A stretch of 64,000 nucleotides of DNA from Gammaproteobacteria bacterium Ga0077554 (GCA_001464585.1 LNFF01000031.1:67148-131147), one strand, 5' to 3'. Positions 1-9,041 are shown, counted from the first letter of the stretch. The notes: a model not told the origin generated them from the letters alone. Translations and numbers: made by a program.

Positions 1-821
1 TCGGCCCCCAGCGGGCAATGCTTCACGGGCACGCTGAAGCAAGGCCGCATCCCGCTCAGGTGACCAGATAGTCATCATGTGGCCAAAAATCACCGCATCT
101 ATATCCTTGGGAAAGGGGTCAATGAAAAAATCACCAGGATGCGTATCAATACGCGCTGACAGTCCCGCCTTGGCAATTTTTTTCTTGGCCATTTCACAAG
201 CTGTCTCACCGTCAAAAATAGTGACTTTAAGATTAGGGTGCGCCTGCGCCAGAGTGATGGCATTAGTACCGTCTCCACCCCCGGCATCCACCAGGTGCTT
301 GATCTCGTCGAATACCGGGAGCTTCGCCAAATCAGCATTCGCCGAACGGGAGAGGCTGCTCATGGCATCGTGAAACACTTTTGCGATAAAAGGGTTATGC
401 GGCAAACGATGGTAGATATTGTCCGCATCCCCTTTGAAATGGCGCAGGCCTACGTTCTTGAATTGCTTCAGTGAATCAACAAGGTCGACGGCGGTGGGAT
501 AAACTATGTGGGCTTGCCAACCCAGGACGTCGATCATGTTGTCCGGACTCTCGCGTACAAGCAATCTTTCCACAATTGGTGCATTGCGGAACCGCGCCCC
601 ATCTTTTTGTACGAGCTTGAGTGCGGCAAGGCCGGTCATTAGTATTCTTGCGGGCTGGGACTTGAGTCCGATCTTCGCGGCAATCTCATCCCGCGTCAGG
701 TTAGGGGTCTTTGAAAGCGTGTCAAACACCTCCAGTTGCACACCGGCCCAAAGTAGTTGGAAGGCGGTGTGACCGCAGGCAATAAGCACTAATACATCAA
801 AATCCAAGTCTTCCTTCATGG
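1..821 (-). CDS. Class I SAM-dependent O-methyltransferase (COMT/CrtF-like); C-terminus runs off window start
   Basis: Minus-strand ORF open to the window edge; ATG at 821-819 (MKEDLDFDVLVLI...). Hand translation shows the SAM-binding motif LVDAGGGDG and a downstream R..HPGDFF..P motif typical of Methyltransf_2 O-methyltransferases. Not in the ORF track because it has no stop within the window. Confidence 0.7.
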
Positions 822-1020
822 TTGTCTCCCGCTTTTCAAAATAGTAAATGAAAGATACACAGAAAGCGATCAGAATGCCACCCTGTGGTTATTACCGGAT
901 GTAACGACCGGTCGACTGGAAACTTTAATCCATCCCCGGATCCTCAGAGTAAGGATCACATCTTGAATGAAGCGCCGACTTGACCCAGGCATGTCGGGTT
1001 CGGGGGGTGCAAAAAGCAGG

Positions 1021-2085
1021 TCAGTTCGTGTGTGCAGCGCTACATATAATTTCATTTAACGGTAGTCGACCCGAAACCTTGATTACGCCAATGGGCTTGC
1101 CTATACGCAATAGGCAATGCACGGTATTCTCATGGCCATACTCGGAACGGACGCGGTTTTGCAGCGCCAAGGCATGAGGGATGCATTGCTCCGGCACGCT
1201 GTTTAACTCCAGTCTGTTCAGTAAATCAGCCACCACATAATAAGGCTGGGCTGATAAGCCCTGCTCGGTCACGCTCAACCACACTTGTTGCAGGCAGCGT
1301 CCGGCATCAAAGGCTGCTGCATGATCGGAAGATCCAATGATCGCGACAACCAAGGGCGCTTTCTGGAAATTAGCTGCTTCGATAGCGGCAAACAATTTGT
1401 ATGCCCGGATACGGTTCAACCATTGTAGCCGATTCCAATCGGACATCAACTTCAGCAAACCCACGCCTCCGGGCGGCAATGCCAGTGTATCGACATGCAG
1501 GCCGCTAGCAAAATCTTCCGGCGAATCACCGTAGCGCAGACTTGCCGCAAACCACTCATTTGCCTCACGGGTCTGGAAACGGATCTCCGAAGCCTGTCTG
1601 ACCCAATCCGCTGTTTGACGGATACCGGCTCCCATAATTGTCCTGACGCCCACGTTATTAACCTGACAAGCCGCCAGCCGGTGAGCGACATCTGGGGCAA
1701 TCTCGGGACGATAGGGTAAACGATTTGTGTGGCGCAGTTTCCAAAGAGGTGTGTTGGATGGTTCAATGGCATTTGCTTGCCCCGTTACAGGGCCTCGCGC
1801 AAAAACGCCATCTTCATCAGGTATACCAAGATACCAAGAGGCCATATCCAAGCCAAGGGACTGCATTGCCCAAACCAGATTTTCGGCAGCAGCGCCCAAT
1901 GCAAGCCTGGTGGCGTGATAATCAGCCGGGAAGCCACCACGACGGCGTACCCGACCAGTCAGGGTGCTGGTATTATTATCCCAGTCAAAACACCATGGCT
2001 GGGAATTGTCAGCGGAGGGAGCGCTCCCGGCCGCTTCTATCAAAAATGCAACTTCTGGAATATAGAGTTTAGGTGTGGATATCAT
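1021..2085 (-). CDS. Nitroreductase-superfamily FMN oxidoreductase, two-lobed Acg-like architecture (354 aa)
   Basis: SAPSADNSQPWCF motif (the SxxNxQPW nitroreductase signature) near the N-terminus; about twice the length of a single nitroreductase domain. RBS GAGGGG 6 nt upstream of the ATG at 2085. Confidence 0.65.
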   Translation of the reverse strand: MISTPKLYIPEVAFLIEAAGSAPSADNSQPWCFDWDNNTSTLTGRVRRRGGFPADYHATRLALGAAAENLVWAMQSLGLDMASWYLGIPDEDGVFARGPVTGQANAIEPSNTPLWKLRHTNRLPYRPEIAPDVAHRLAACQVNNVGVRTIMGAGIRQTADWVRQASEIRFQTREANEWFAASLRYGDSPEDFASGLHVDTLALPPGGVGLLKLMSDWNRLQWLNRIRAYKLFAAIEAANFQKAPLVVAIIGSSDHAAAFDAGRCLQQVWLSVTEQGLSAQPYYVVADLLNRLELNSVPEQCIPHALALQNRVRSEYGHENTVHCLLRIGKPIGVIKVSGRLPLNEIICSAAHTN

Positions 2086-2368
2086 AGTTTTCCCCTCTCA
2101 TTCTTCATAACCTTCACTCACCCCCTGCCCCGCAATAGCAATCCTTTTGCCTCGCAGGATGTACTGCTCCGAGCACCGTTGAGGAATCTTAAGCAAGATC
2201 CCTCAATAATGATATGTACCATCCTACTCTTTGGGACATAATTGATTATATTAAAAATTTTTACCACTATCTAAGGAGGAGCACTCACTGTCAACGGGTT
2301 TTAATCCACACTTTTCATGATAGTACAAAACCAATTCGACGGTGATTTTATTTTAGTAAAAAGCTAAT

Positions 2369-2434
2369 AAATTGATTAGCTTGATATTTAATTGTCTCTT
2401 TTTTGAGACAATTAAATATCAAGCTAATCAATTT
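2369..2434. repeat. 66-bp perfect inverted repeat (30-bp arms, TTTTTT loop) containing a TGTCTC-N6-GAGACA core
   Basis: Checked base by base: 2369-2398 is the exact reverse complement of 2405-2434. Lies in the AT-rich divergent intergenic region between the nitroreductase and the acyltransferase genes. Confidence 0.9.
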
Positions 2435-2457
2435 CCATTCTCAAAAAGCAGGCTATC

Positions 2458-2475
2458 TGTCTCCTCATAGAGACA
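2458..2475. promoter_or_regulatory. Second TGTCTC-N6-GAGACA palindrome (operator-like), about 60 bp from the centre of the 66-bp inverted repeat
   Basis: tgtctc ctcata gagaca: same half-sites and spacing as the core of the 2369-2434 palindrome. Confidence 0.5.
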
Positions 2476-2731
2476 ATAATATCTCCCAATAAAACTATAA
2501 AATTAAATATGTATATGATTTTATTAATCTATTTAATTTTGGCCGAATTCTTGCATATAACGCTCCTTGGGCATCTTTGATGTTTAGGTTGTACCGGGTA
2601 ATGAGCAAGGGTTATTCCTGCGATTTTTTCAAAGAAAAATCCAGCACCCATCCAAAATATTACCGTACAATTTCTGGGCAACGGACAATATGACAGGGCT
2701 AGTCTCAGCAGGGACGGCAGGAGAGCTAATT

Positions 2732-3610
2732 ATGATTAACCGAGACATGGGCGAGCAAGTAATCGGCACCATAAAAAATAAAAATATATTGAATACAGGT
2801 GCATCACATTCATCCGGTGGTTTATCCCCCTTACACACACATAACATCAACGAATTAATCAAGAGCTTTTCACGACATTTCGAGATAGTGTCAGCAACTA
2901 CGGAGGAAGAAATCAGGCAGTCCTGGAAATTACGTTATCAGGTGTATAGTGTAGAAAATCACTTTGAAAACCCGGATGATAATCCTGACCAGTTAGAACG
3001 TGATGAGTATGACGCACATTCTGCCCATAGCCTGTTAATACATCGCGCAACGGGATTGGTCGTTGGTACGGTAAGGCTGATTCTCCCCAATCCTGCCAGC
3101 GTTGATGCTTTATTTCCCATTGAAGCGCATTGCGGAACGAGCTTTAATGGAGAAGCATTTAATCGCGCCACTTTGCCACGGCGCTCTTTGGCAGAAATCT
3201 CTCGTTTTGCCATATCGAAGGAATTTAAAAGAAGAATTCCTGATAAAAGTAATGTATTTGGTTCTCCCGATATTAACCAGGGACTCCAGCAGGAGATGGC
3301 TGATTTGGAGCGGCGGCTGATCCCTCACATTACTGTCGGGTTATTTGCTGCAATAGTACGTATGAGCGCAATGCATGGCATTACCCACTGGTATGCAGTA
3401 ATGGAGCCGGCGTTGCTACGCCTCTTGAAGCAGTTCAGTATCAACTTCCAGCCCGTTGGTTCCGCAGTTAATTACCATGGAAAACGCTACCCATGTGTTG
3501 CAACGGCCAGGGATGTGCTTGCACAAATGGAAGTTGGTTGCCCTGAAATCTGGAGACTTATTACCGATGAAGGCAGAATCTGGCCTTCCGCACATTCTCA
3601 GGCAGCATAG
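2732..3610 (+). CDS. LuxI/FeeM-like GNAT N-acyltransferase (N-acyl amino acid synthase / PEP-CTERM-system-associated acyltransferase family), paralog 1
   Basis: Autoinducer-synthase-like N-terminal pattern LRYQVY..E.DEYD....LL....G.VVGTVRL.LP; conserved C-terminal HWYAVMEPALLRLLK. Preferred start is the ATG at 2732 with GGAGAG RBS; the track start at 2690 is an alternative. Confidence 0.65.
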   Translation: MINRDMGEQVIGTIKNKNILNTGASHSSGGLSPLHTHNINELIKSFSRHFEIVSATTEEEIRQSWKLRYQVYSVENHFENPDDNPDQLERDEYDAHSAHSLLIHRATGLVVGTVRLILPNPASVDALFPIEAHCGTSFNGEAFNRATLPRRSLAEISRFAISKEFKRRIPDKSNVFGSPDINQGLQQEMADLERRLIPHITVGLFAAIVRMSAMHGITHWYAVMEPALLRLLKQFSINFQPVGSAVNYHGKRYPCVATARDVLAQMEVGCPEIWRLITDEGRIWPSAHSQAA

Positions 3611-3618
3611 GAACACCG

Positions 3619-3646
3619 GTGTGACGTAGGTGGCTCTTACGTCACG
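3619..3646 (+). terminator. Hairpin (gtgacgtagg...cttacgtcac) immediately after paralog 1 stop; weak U-tract
   Basis: 9-bp stem seen in sequence 9 nt after the stop at 3610. Followed by gctttcccc rather than a clean T-run, so an intrinsic terminator is uncertain. Confidence 0.3.
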
Positions 3647-3988
3647 CTTTCCCCTTGGATGATTCGCGCCAGGCGCTGGCTCCTCTTTTTGGCCGTATGG
3701 TGATTGGTTTATTCAAAGACAACATCAAGCTTTAACCCCGCCTATACCCATCCCTCTATCACCATCTAATTTCACTACATATCGCCATCACCTGCCCGAT
3801 GAGCAATTTATTGGAGCCGGGCAGCTTTGACGGGAACTTTGTGATGTTGCGCACACTTTATGAAGCACTCACCTGAACATCAGCACATGTTCTCACAATA
3901 AAAAATTCATTAAAGTGTGATTTATGTCCGGACAGCGGCGCTTTTCCGGCGTAAGGTTGGAACATCTTAAAAGTTATCAGGATCCGGT

Positions 3989-4810
3989 TTGATCCATCAA
4001 GGACCAGGAGTGATAAAAGTGAATGAGCTAACGGAGAGTTTTTCCAAATATTTTAAAGTGGCAGTTGTGGCGCCAGGCGATGATGCATCGTTACGACAAG
4101 CACTGCATTTACGCTATCAGGTGTATTGTATAGAGCATCCTTTCGAAAAACCTGCGGGCACGGATGAAATCGAGCAGGATGAGTTTGATACATATTCCGC
4201 CCATAGCCTTTTACTCAGCCGCCGCAACGATGAGGTGGTGGGCACTGTGCGACTGGTCTTACCCCGGCGGGAACAGCCGCATATCTTGTTTCCCATTGAG
4301 CAGCATTGCGGAAAATTCTTTGATAAAAAATTGTTTGACACCAGCACGTTGCCCCGTGGTTCTATAGCCGAAATATCGCGTTTTGCAATTTCAAAAGAGT
4401 TCAAGAAACGCCTCATGGATACCGAATATCCCTGGGGTGCCAGTAATTTAAATGAACACGAAACAGAACATATGAAGGTGCTGGAACGTCGCATCATTCC
4501 CCATATCACATTAGGTTTGTTTTTAGCGATAGTGCGCATGAGTGTGCGGCATAATATTACGCATTGGTATGCGGTAATGGAACCGGCATTACTGCGTTTA
4601 TTGAAAAAATTTAGCATTGAATTTATACCGCTTAGCCCCATGGTTGATTACCATGGCAGCCGACAACCTTGTGTAGCAGAACTTGCGACGGTATTAGCGT
4701 CTATGGAACGCAATTGCCCGGACGTTTGGGCGCTGATTACCGACAATGGTGCGACATGGCACAGCGCGCTCGAAGCAGAGCAACACGCCTCCGTTAAACG
4801 CGTGGCATAA
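3989..4810 (+). CDS. LuxI/FeeM-like GNAT N-acyltransferase, paralog 2 (tandem duplicate of 2732-3610)
   Basis: Same motifs as paralog 1 (LRYQVYCIEHPFE, EQDEFDTYSAHSLL, VVGTVRLVLP, ITHWYAVMEPALLRLLKKF), roughly 55 percent identical by eye. The track start is a TTG at 3989; a GTG at 4019 has a better RBS (AGGAG, 9-nt spacing). Confidence 0.65.
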   Translation: MIHQGPGVIKVNELTESFSKYFKVAVVAPGDDASLRQALHLRYQVYCIEHPFEKPAGTDEIEQDEFDTYSAHSLLLSRRNDEVVGTVRLVLPRREQPHILFPIEQHCGKFFDKKLFDTSTLPRGSIAEISRFAISKEFKKRLMDTEYPWGASNLNEHETEHMKVLERRIIPHITLGLFLAIVRMSVRHNITHWYAVMEPALLRLLKKFSIEFIPLSPMVDYHGSRQPCVAELATVLASMERNCPDVWALITDNGATWHSALEAEQHASVKRVA

Positions 4811-5025
4811 TACAGCGCTCCCCCGCCTACGTAGCAGGCATTACCTTGCCCGTGCTAATTGTGTACTTTAATGCCCGCCATTCAGCGAAAATGGGGTGTC
4901 CAGCGCTCTACGAAATGTAGCCATTCATTCAGCCTGTCCTGTCGTGCCTGGAGGCACCTACTTCTGGCGCACACAGCGCACGCTACTCGTGTTTCGGTTA
5001 ACGCCGCGCATGGTCAGATGCTGCC

Positions 5026-5403
5026 TCATGACGCCATCAAATCCTCCACAGCCACGCCCAATACTCTGGATAGCGCGAGCAACACGCTGGCTTTACCTTC
5101 GTGCTTTCCCGACTCAATTTGTGACAGATAAGCTTGGCTGATGCCGGCCCGATCCGCCAGTGCGGAGACCGTCAGACGGCGGTGCTCCCGCCATACACGA
5201 ATAGGCGGCTCACCCTCCGCCAGACGGTGCGCAATGCTGGCGGGAACAAGCTCCTCCTCACCACGCTCCAGCCGCACCCGGATGCGGTCATAGTCCTGAA
5301 TATCCTCCAGCAGCTCGGCGCCCTCAATCAGTCGCTTGTATTCCGCATAGGGAATCACCGCATATTCAGGTTCGCCGTTACGCTCGATAATTTGTGCTTT
5401 CAT
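5026..5403 (-). CDS. XRE-family HTH antitoxin (HigA-like) of a type II TA pair
   Basis: C-terminal HTH (LTVSALADRAGISQAYLSQIESGK). Its ATG overlaps the stop of the upstream RelE/ParE remnant in an ATGA arrangement. Confidence 0.65.
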   Translation of the reverse strand: MKAQIIERNGEPEYAVIPYAEYKRLIEGAELLEDIQDYDRIRVRLERGEEELVPASIAHRLAEGEPPIRVWREHRRLTVSALADRAGISQAYLSQIESGKHEGKASVLLALSRVLGVAVEDLMAS

Positions 5404-5591
5404 CGCGTATACACCCCACCTCGCGGGGTCACTTTGATCACCATGATCACCAGCGCCCCACTATCCACCTCAAACACAATCCGCCAATCCCCTGCGCGCA
5501 TCCGGTAACTGGGACGCCCTTCCAGCTTGATGACATTGCGGTGCTGCGGCGTATTCGCGGGCTGATTTGGATGAGTTGTGTGCCAGATAAT
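5400..5591 (-). pseudogene. RelE/ParE-family toxin remnant, N-terminally truncated (no in-frame start codon)
   Basis: Hand translation of the minus strand gives ...HRNVIKLEGRPSYRMRAGDWRIVFEVDSGALVIMVIKVTPRGGVYTR*, a recognisable RelE/ParE C-terminal half. The frame is closed by a stop at 5592-5594 and contains no ATG/GTG/TTG upstream of the conserved region. Only about 14 nt separate it from the Uma2 stop. Confidence 0.5.
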
Positions 5592-5608
5592 TCAGTCAAA
5601 CCTGCCTG

Positions 5609-6238
5609 TCAGACATTCTCAAAGAACGCGGTCAGACGCACCTGAAACGCCATGCTCTGCAACTCGACCACGTCGTCTTTCCCAAAGTCATAAAGCGCCC
5701 AATGCCCGGTGCTGTCTCGCCTGAAGCAGTCGGCGCGGAGGCTGCCGGGGTCGATCAGCAGGTATTCCTCCAGCGTGGGGATTTGCCTGTAGATGGCGAA
5801 CTTGTCGCCTCTGTCGAAGGCGGCTGTGGAGTCGGAAAGTACTTCGACGATCAGCCTGGGGTGGCTCATGAACAGTTTGGCCTGGTGGTCGCGTTCGTCA
5901 CAGGTGACGAAGACATCCGGGTAGAAGAAAGCGTTCGCTGTTTCGACCCGGAGTTTCATGTCGGAGATATAGGCGCGGCAGGAGCCTGCGCGCAGGTGAT
6001 CTTTCAGCAGGGCAAACACATTCCCGGCGATTGTCACATGCGTCGTGCAGGGATGCGCAAGTGTCGCGGGAGGCAGGATGCCGGGAGCGACCTCGCGCCT
6101 GGCGCCGACCATGGCGAATACCTCGCCGTTGACATATTCATGTTTTTCGACCTGGGTGTTTTCCCATTCCAGGTAGTCGTCAGGCATCAGGTGTGCAACA
6201 GACTGTGGTAATCCCATTTTTAGACCCTTACTTTGCAT
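5609..6238 (-). CDS. Uma2-family (DUF820) PD-(D/E)xK endonuclease, carrying an in-frame 17-aa repeat-encoded insertion
   Basis: MPDDYLEWENTQVEKHEYVNGEVFAM...YPDVFVTC pattern of the Uma2 family. The REVAPGILPPATLAHPCTT segment is encoded by repeat copy 1. Confidence 0.65.
   Translation of the reverse strand: MQSKGLKMGLPQSVAHLMPDDYLEWENTQVEKHEYVNGEVFAMVGARREVAPGILPPATLAHPCTTHVTIAGNVFALLKDHLRAGSCRAYISDMKLRVETANAFFYPDVFVTCDERDHQAKLFMSHPRLIVEVLSDSTAAFDRGDKFAIYRQIPTLEEYLLIDPGSLRADCFRRDSTGHWALYDFGKDDVVELQSMAFQVRLTAFFENV
6041..6091. repeat. Dispersed 51-bp hairpin-containing repeat, copy 1, intragenic and in frame in Uma2, reverse orientation
   Basis: Sequence cgtcgtgcagggatgcgcaagtgtcgcgggaggcaggatgccgggagcgac. 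Reverse complement matches copies at 8541, 21014 and 22414. 51 nt equals 17 codons. Confidence 0.8.
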
Positions 6239-6371
6239 TTTCCGCCTGATCAGATAGGGGCGGAGGCAGTTTGAAATAAGTGTAACGTCAGTTTACGCCA
6301 ATCACCAGGGGAGATCGATCTGTCCATCCCGGGAAATTCTGAAAAATTCGTCGCTGACATTGACTTTATCT

Positions 6372-7619
6372 TTACGCTAGTTTCTCCGGAAAGAGTCCCG
6401 GCATCCAACGCGACGCGAGACTGGCGGGGAAGGCCAGACGCAAAGGGACGCGCGTGCTTTCGGAGACCAGTACACCGCGTTCGCTTAAAGCCGCCACGAC
6501 CCGCCGGGCATGTCGCTCACTCACTCCCAGTATGCCTGCCACATCGCTACGCGGCAGCGCTCCCCGGTATAAGATGGCCTCCAGAAGGCTGCCCGCTTTG
6601 GCTGGTAACGTGCCGCCACGGACTTCTTCTTCGACCCACATCAGGATGCGGGTACGCAGCCGATCCGGCTGAACCAGTTCTTCCATAAACTTTACCTGAT
6701 CAAGGCAGGTTTCGAGAAAGAATCGCGTGAAGGACACCAGCGCTTCCTCGCTCAGATTACCCCTGCCGTCCAAGTCATTACGCCGTTGTAAATCGCATTG
6801 CGCAAGATGATTCTTGTAGGTGCTCACATTTCGCGCCAGGCCGCGTGCGATGGACCAGACACCGCCAGTATCGAGAGCGTCCATCAACATCGCATGGGAC
6901 ATCAGGCGCGCCACGCGGCCATTACCATCAAGGAACGGGTGCATCCAAAGTAGTCGGTGATGCGCGGCAGCGGCAGCGATGATAATTTCCGCTTTGCCGA
7001 GATTGCTGTAAGCGCGCTCGAAATGATCAAGAAAGCGCGGCAGTGCGCCAGGGCTGACCGGTATGTGCTGGCCGACCCTGACATGGCGTTGACGCAGTTT
7101 GCCTGGAATGACCCGCAGACGCTCACCCGCGTCTGGATCGTCCGTCCATAGCAGAGCATCGGGCAGCAACTCACCAAACCGCCGGTGAATGTCACAGATA
7201 CCTGCAACACTGGCTGCATGACCACGTAGATTGCCTGCGTCGATCCATTGCTGAACAGCTATATGCGCCTTGGCTTCGAGTTGAAGGTTGCGCTTTTGCA
7301 CGTTGGTGCTGTAGTCGTTCTTCAGCGCGCGCTCGATATCGACCGGATGGGTGTCGTGACCCTCGATCAGGTTGCTGTAGTAACAGTTCATCGCCCGCAC
7401 CAGATCAGCCAGCGCCGTGAGCAGGCCTTGCGGAAGGCTGCGACGAAACCCTGCCGAATACGCCGCCAGCTCGACTGCAAGATCGGCAAGGTCGGCACGT
7501 TGGCGCGAGCTTTCAGCAATCCGCATTGGCTCCATGGAAGACACCCCCTCGCCGCTGTCGGGAGGCGCTGGGATGTCCGGCATTATGGCCGCTTTAATGT
7601 CCTCACAAAAATCCTTCAT
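6372..7619 (-). CDS. Fic-family protein (AMPylator/Doc-like) with an N-terminal inhibitory-helix-like motif and a C-terminal winged HTH
   Basis: HPFLDGNGRVAR Fic motif. SNLIEG matches the (S/T)xxxE(G/N) inhibitory motif. C-terminal region (VAGILGVSERHARRVVAALSERGVL) looks like a wHTH. Confidence 0.7.
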   Translation of the reverse strand: MKDFCEDIKAAIMPDIPAPPDSGEGVSSMEPMRIAESSRQRADLADLAVELAAYSAGFRRSLPQGLLTALADLVRAMNCYYSNLIEGHDTHPVDIERALKNDYSTNVQKRNLQLEAKAHIAVQQWIDAGNLRGHAASVAGICDIHRRFGELLPDALLWTDDPDAGERLRVIPGKLRQRHVRVGQHIPVSPGALPRFLDHFERAYSNLGKAEIIIAAAAAHHRLLWMHPFLDGNGRVARLMSHAMLMDALDTGGVWSIARGLARNVSTYKNHLAQCDLQRRNDLDGRGNLSEEALVSFTRFFLETCLDQVKFMEELVQPDRLRTRILMWVEEEVRGGTLPAKAGSLLEAILYRGALPRSDVAGILGVSERHARRVVAALSERGVLVSESTRVPLRLAFPASLASRWMPGLFPEKLA

Positions 7620-7817
7620 AATTATTATACTATCATGTATTTATAGTTTAGTTAATGGATTTTTAGGGTTATTTTGGCCGGTTAAAAGGCCGCTTATCAG
7701 GCCGCCTTGGCCGTCTCGCCTAGCCAGAATAGGAGCCTCTAGGCCAGGTGCCTTTTTGGTGCTGAAGCGGATTACATACAGGGCGTGTGACCTCTATCCC
7801 GCGTCTGCACCAACGTG

Positions 7818-9041
7818 CTAAATCAAACCCCGTGCCAGTCGCACTTTAATTCCGCCATTGCGCAGCGAAAATGAGGTATCCACCGTGAGACGTGTTTGCG
7901 CCAGCAATGCCTGGTCGTTGCATAGAATAGCCACGTGCCAACCGCGGCATTGGGTACGTAATACGTTACCGAGTTGCGCATAGAGATTACGCAGATCTTT
8001 ATTGCTGCTGACGCGCACGCCATACGGCGGGTTGGTGATGATCCAGCCGGGTGCGGTTGTCGGGCGAATCGCTGAGACCGCTTGACAGGTGAACTGTATG
8101 TGCTGCGCCACCCCGGCGCGTTCGGCGTTTTCCTGAGCCATGCGGACGGCGCCTGCATCCCGGTCGGAGGCGATAATCCGGCAACCCGGCGGTAATTCAA
8201 TTCTCATCGCCGCTTGGGATTCCGCCAGCAACGCTGTCCAGCGTTTTTCGTCAAAACCCGGCCAGTCCATAAACGCGAAGCGCCGCTGGCGGCCTGGGGC
8301 GGCGCCCAGCGCCAGCAGGGCGGCTTCGATGGGGACAGTACCCGAACCACAAAATGGGTCGATCAAGGGCGTTGCAGTGTCCCACGGCGCGGCCAGCAGC
8401 AATGCAGCGGCAAGGGTTTCACGCAACGGCGCCTTGGCGACGGCCTGACGATAGCCCCGGCGGTGCAGCAGTTCGCCAGACGAATCCACGCTTACGGTGC
8501 AATGATTATGCGACAACTGCACCACAACCAGTTGAGAAGGTCGCTCCCGGCATCCTGCCTCTGGCGACACTTGTGCATCCATGCACGGCGGATTGGTGGC
8601 CTCCTCGTCCCCCAGCTTCTGACGCACGATGGGTTTACCCAAGCTGTCGGCAATCGCACCGGCGATGCGCTCGGCTACGGCGTCGGCATGGTACAGCTTC
8701 GATGCTTTACAGGTGGCGCGAATCGCCACTGGTTGACCGGGCACCAGGTAGCGTTGCCAATCCAGACGGCTGGCTTTTTTGCGTAGTTCGGAAAATGCGG
8801 CGGCGCTGAAATCACCGACACGCACCAGCACACGGCTGGCGGTGCGCAGGTGCAGATTGGCGCGGTACAGGGCGTCCAGATCGCCCTGAAAGGCAACACC
8901 GCCCTGCTCTGCAGTGGGAAGTAGATTAAGACGCTGCAATTCCTGCGTGGTGAGCGCTTCACACCCCGGTGCAGTAACGGCAAAAAATGAATTCGCTCGA
9001 GATGCGGTATTAATGGTGGTGCCCACCATCGCCATGCACAT
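7818..9041 (-). CDS. rlmL: THUMP-domain class I SAM-dependent rRNA (guanine-N2) methyltransferase, RlmL-like, with an in-frame repeat-encoded insertion
   Basis: THUMP-like N-terminal region ending ...LHRRGYR, then the methyltransferase motifs DPFCGSGT and NPPYG. The track start at 9098 would overlap slyD; internal Met codons at 9041-9029 are more plausible but the start is uncertain. PPCMDAQVSPEAGCRERP is encoded by repeat copy 2. Confidence 0.6.
   Translation of the reverse strand: MCMAMVGTTINTASRANSFFAVTAPGCEALTTQELQRLNLLPTAEQGGVAFQGDLDALYRANLHLRTASRVLVRVGDFSAAAFSELRKKASRLDWQRYLVPGQPVAIRATCKASKLYHADAVAERIAGAIADSLGKPIVRQKLGDEEATNPPCMDAQVSPEAGCRERPSQLVVVQLSHNHCTVSVDSSGELLHRRGYRQAVAKAPLRETLAAALLLAAPWDTATPLIDPFCGSGTVPIEAALLALGAAPGRQRRFAFMDWPGFDEKRWTALLAESQAAMRIELPPGCRIIASDRDAGAVRMAQENAERAGVAQHIQFTCQAVSAIRPTTAPGWIITNPPYGVRVSSNKDLRNLYAQLGNVLRTQCRGWHVAILCNDQALLAQTRLTVDTSFSLRNGGIKVRLARGLI
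8541..8591. repeat. Dispersed 51-bp repeat, copy 2, intragenic and in frame in the rlmL-like gene, forward orientation
   Basis: Sequence gtcgctcccggcatcctgcctctggcgacacttgtgcatccatgcacggcg. Contains the GTGCATCCATGCAC palindrome and GTCGC...GCGAC complementary ends. Confidence 0.8.

Noticed and set aside
8140-8809. Plus-strand ORFs (102, 190 and 151 aa) antisense to the rlmL-like gene, including one translating the repeat as VAPGILPLATLVHPC
   Set aside because: They lie wholly within a well-supported minus-strand methyltransferase gene. The repeat is stop-free in several frames, which creates spurious ORFs.
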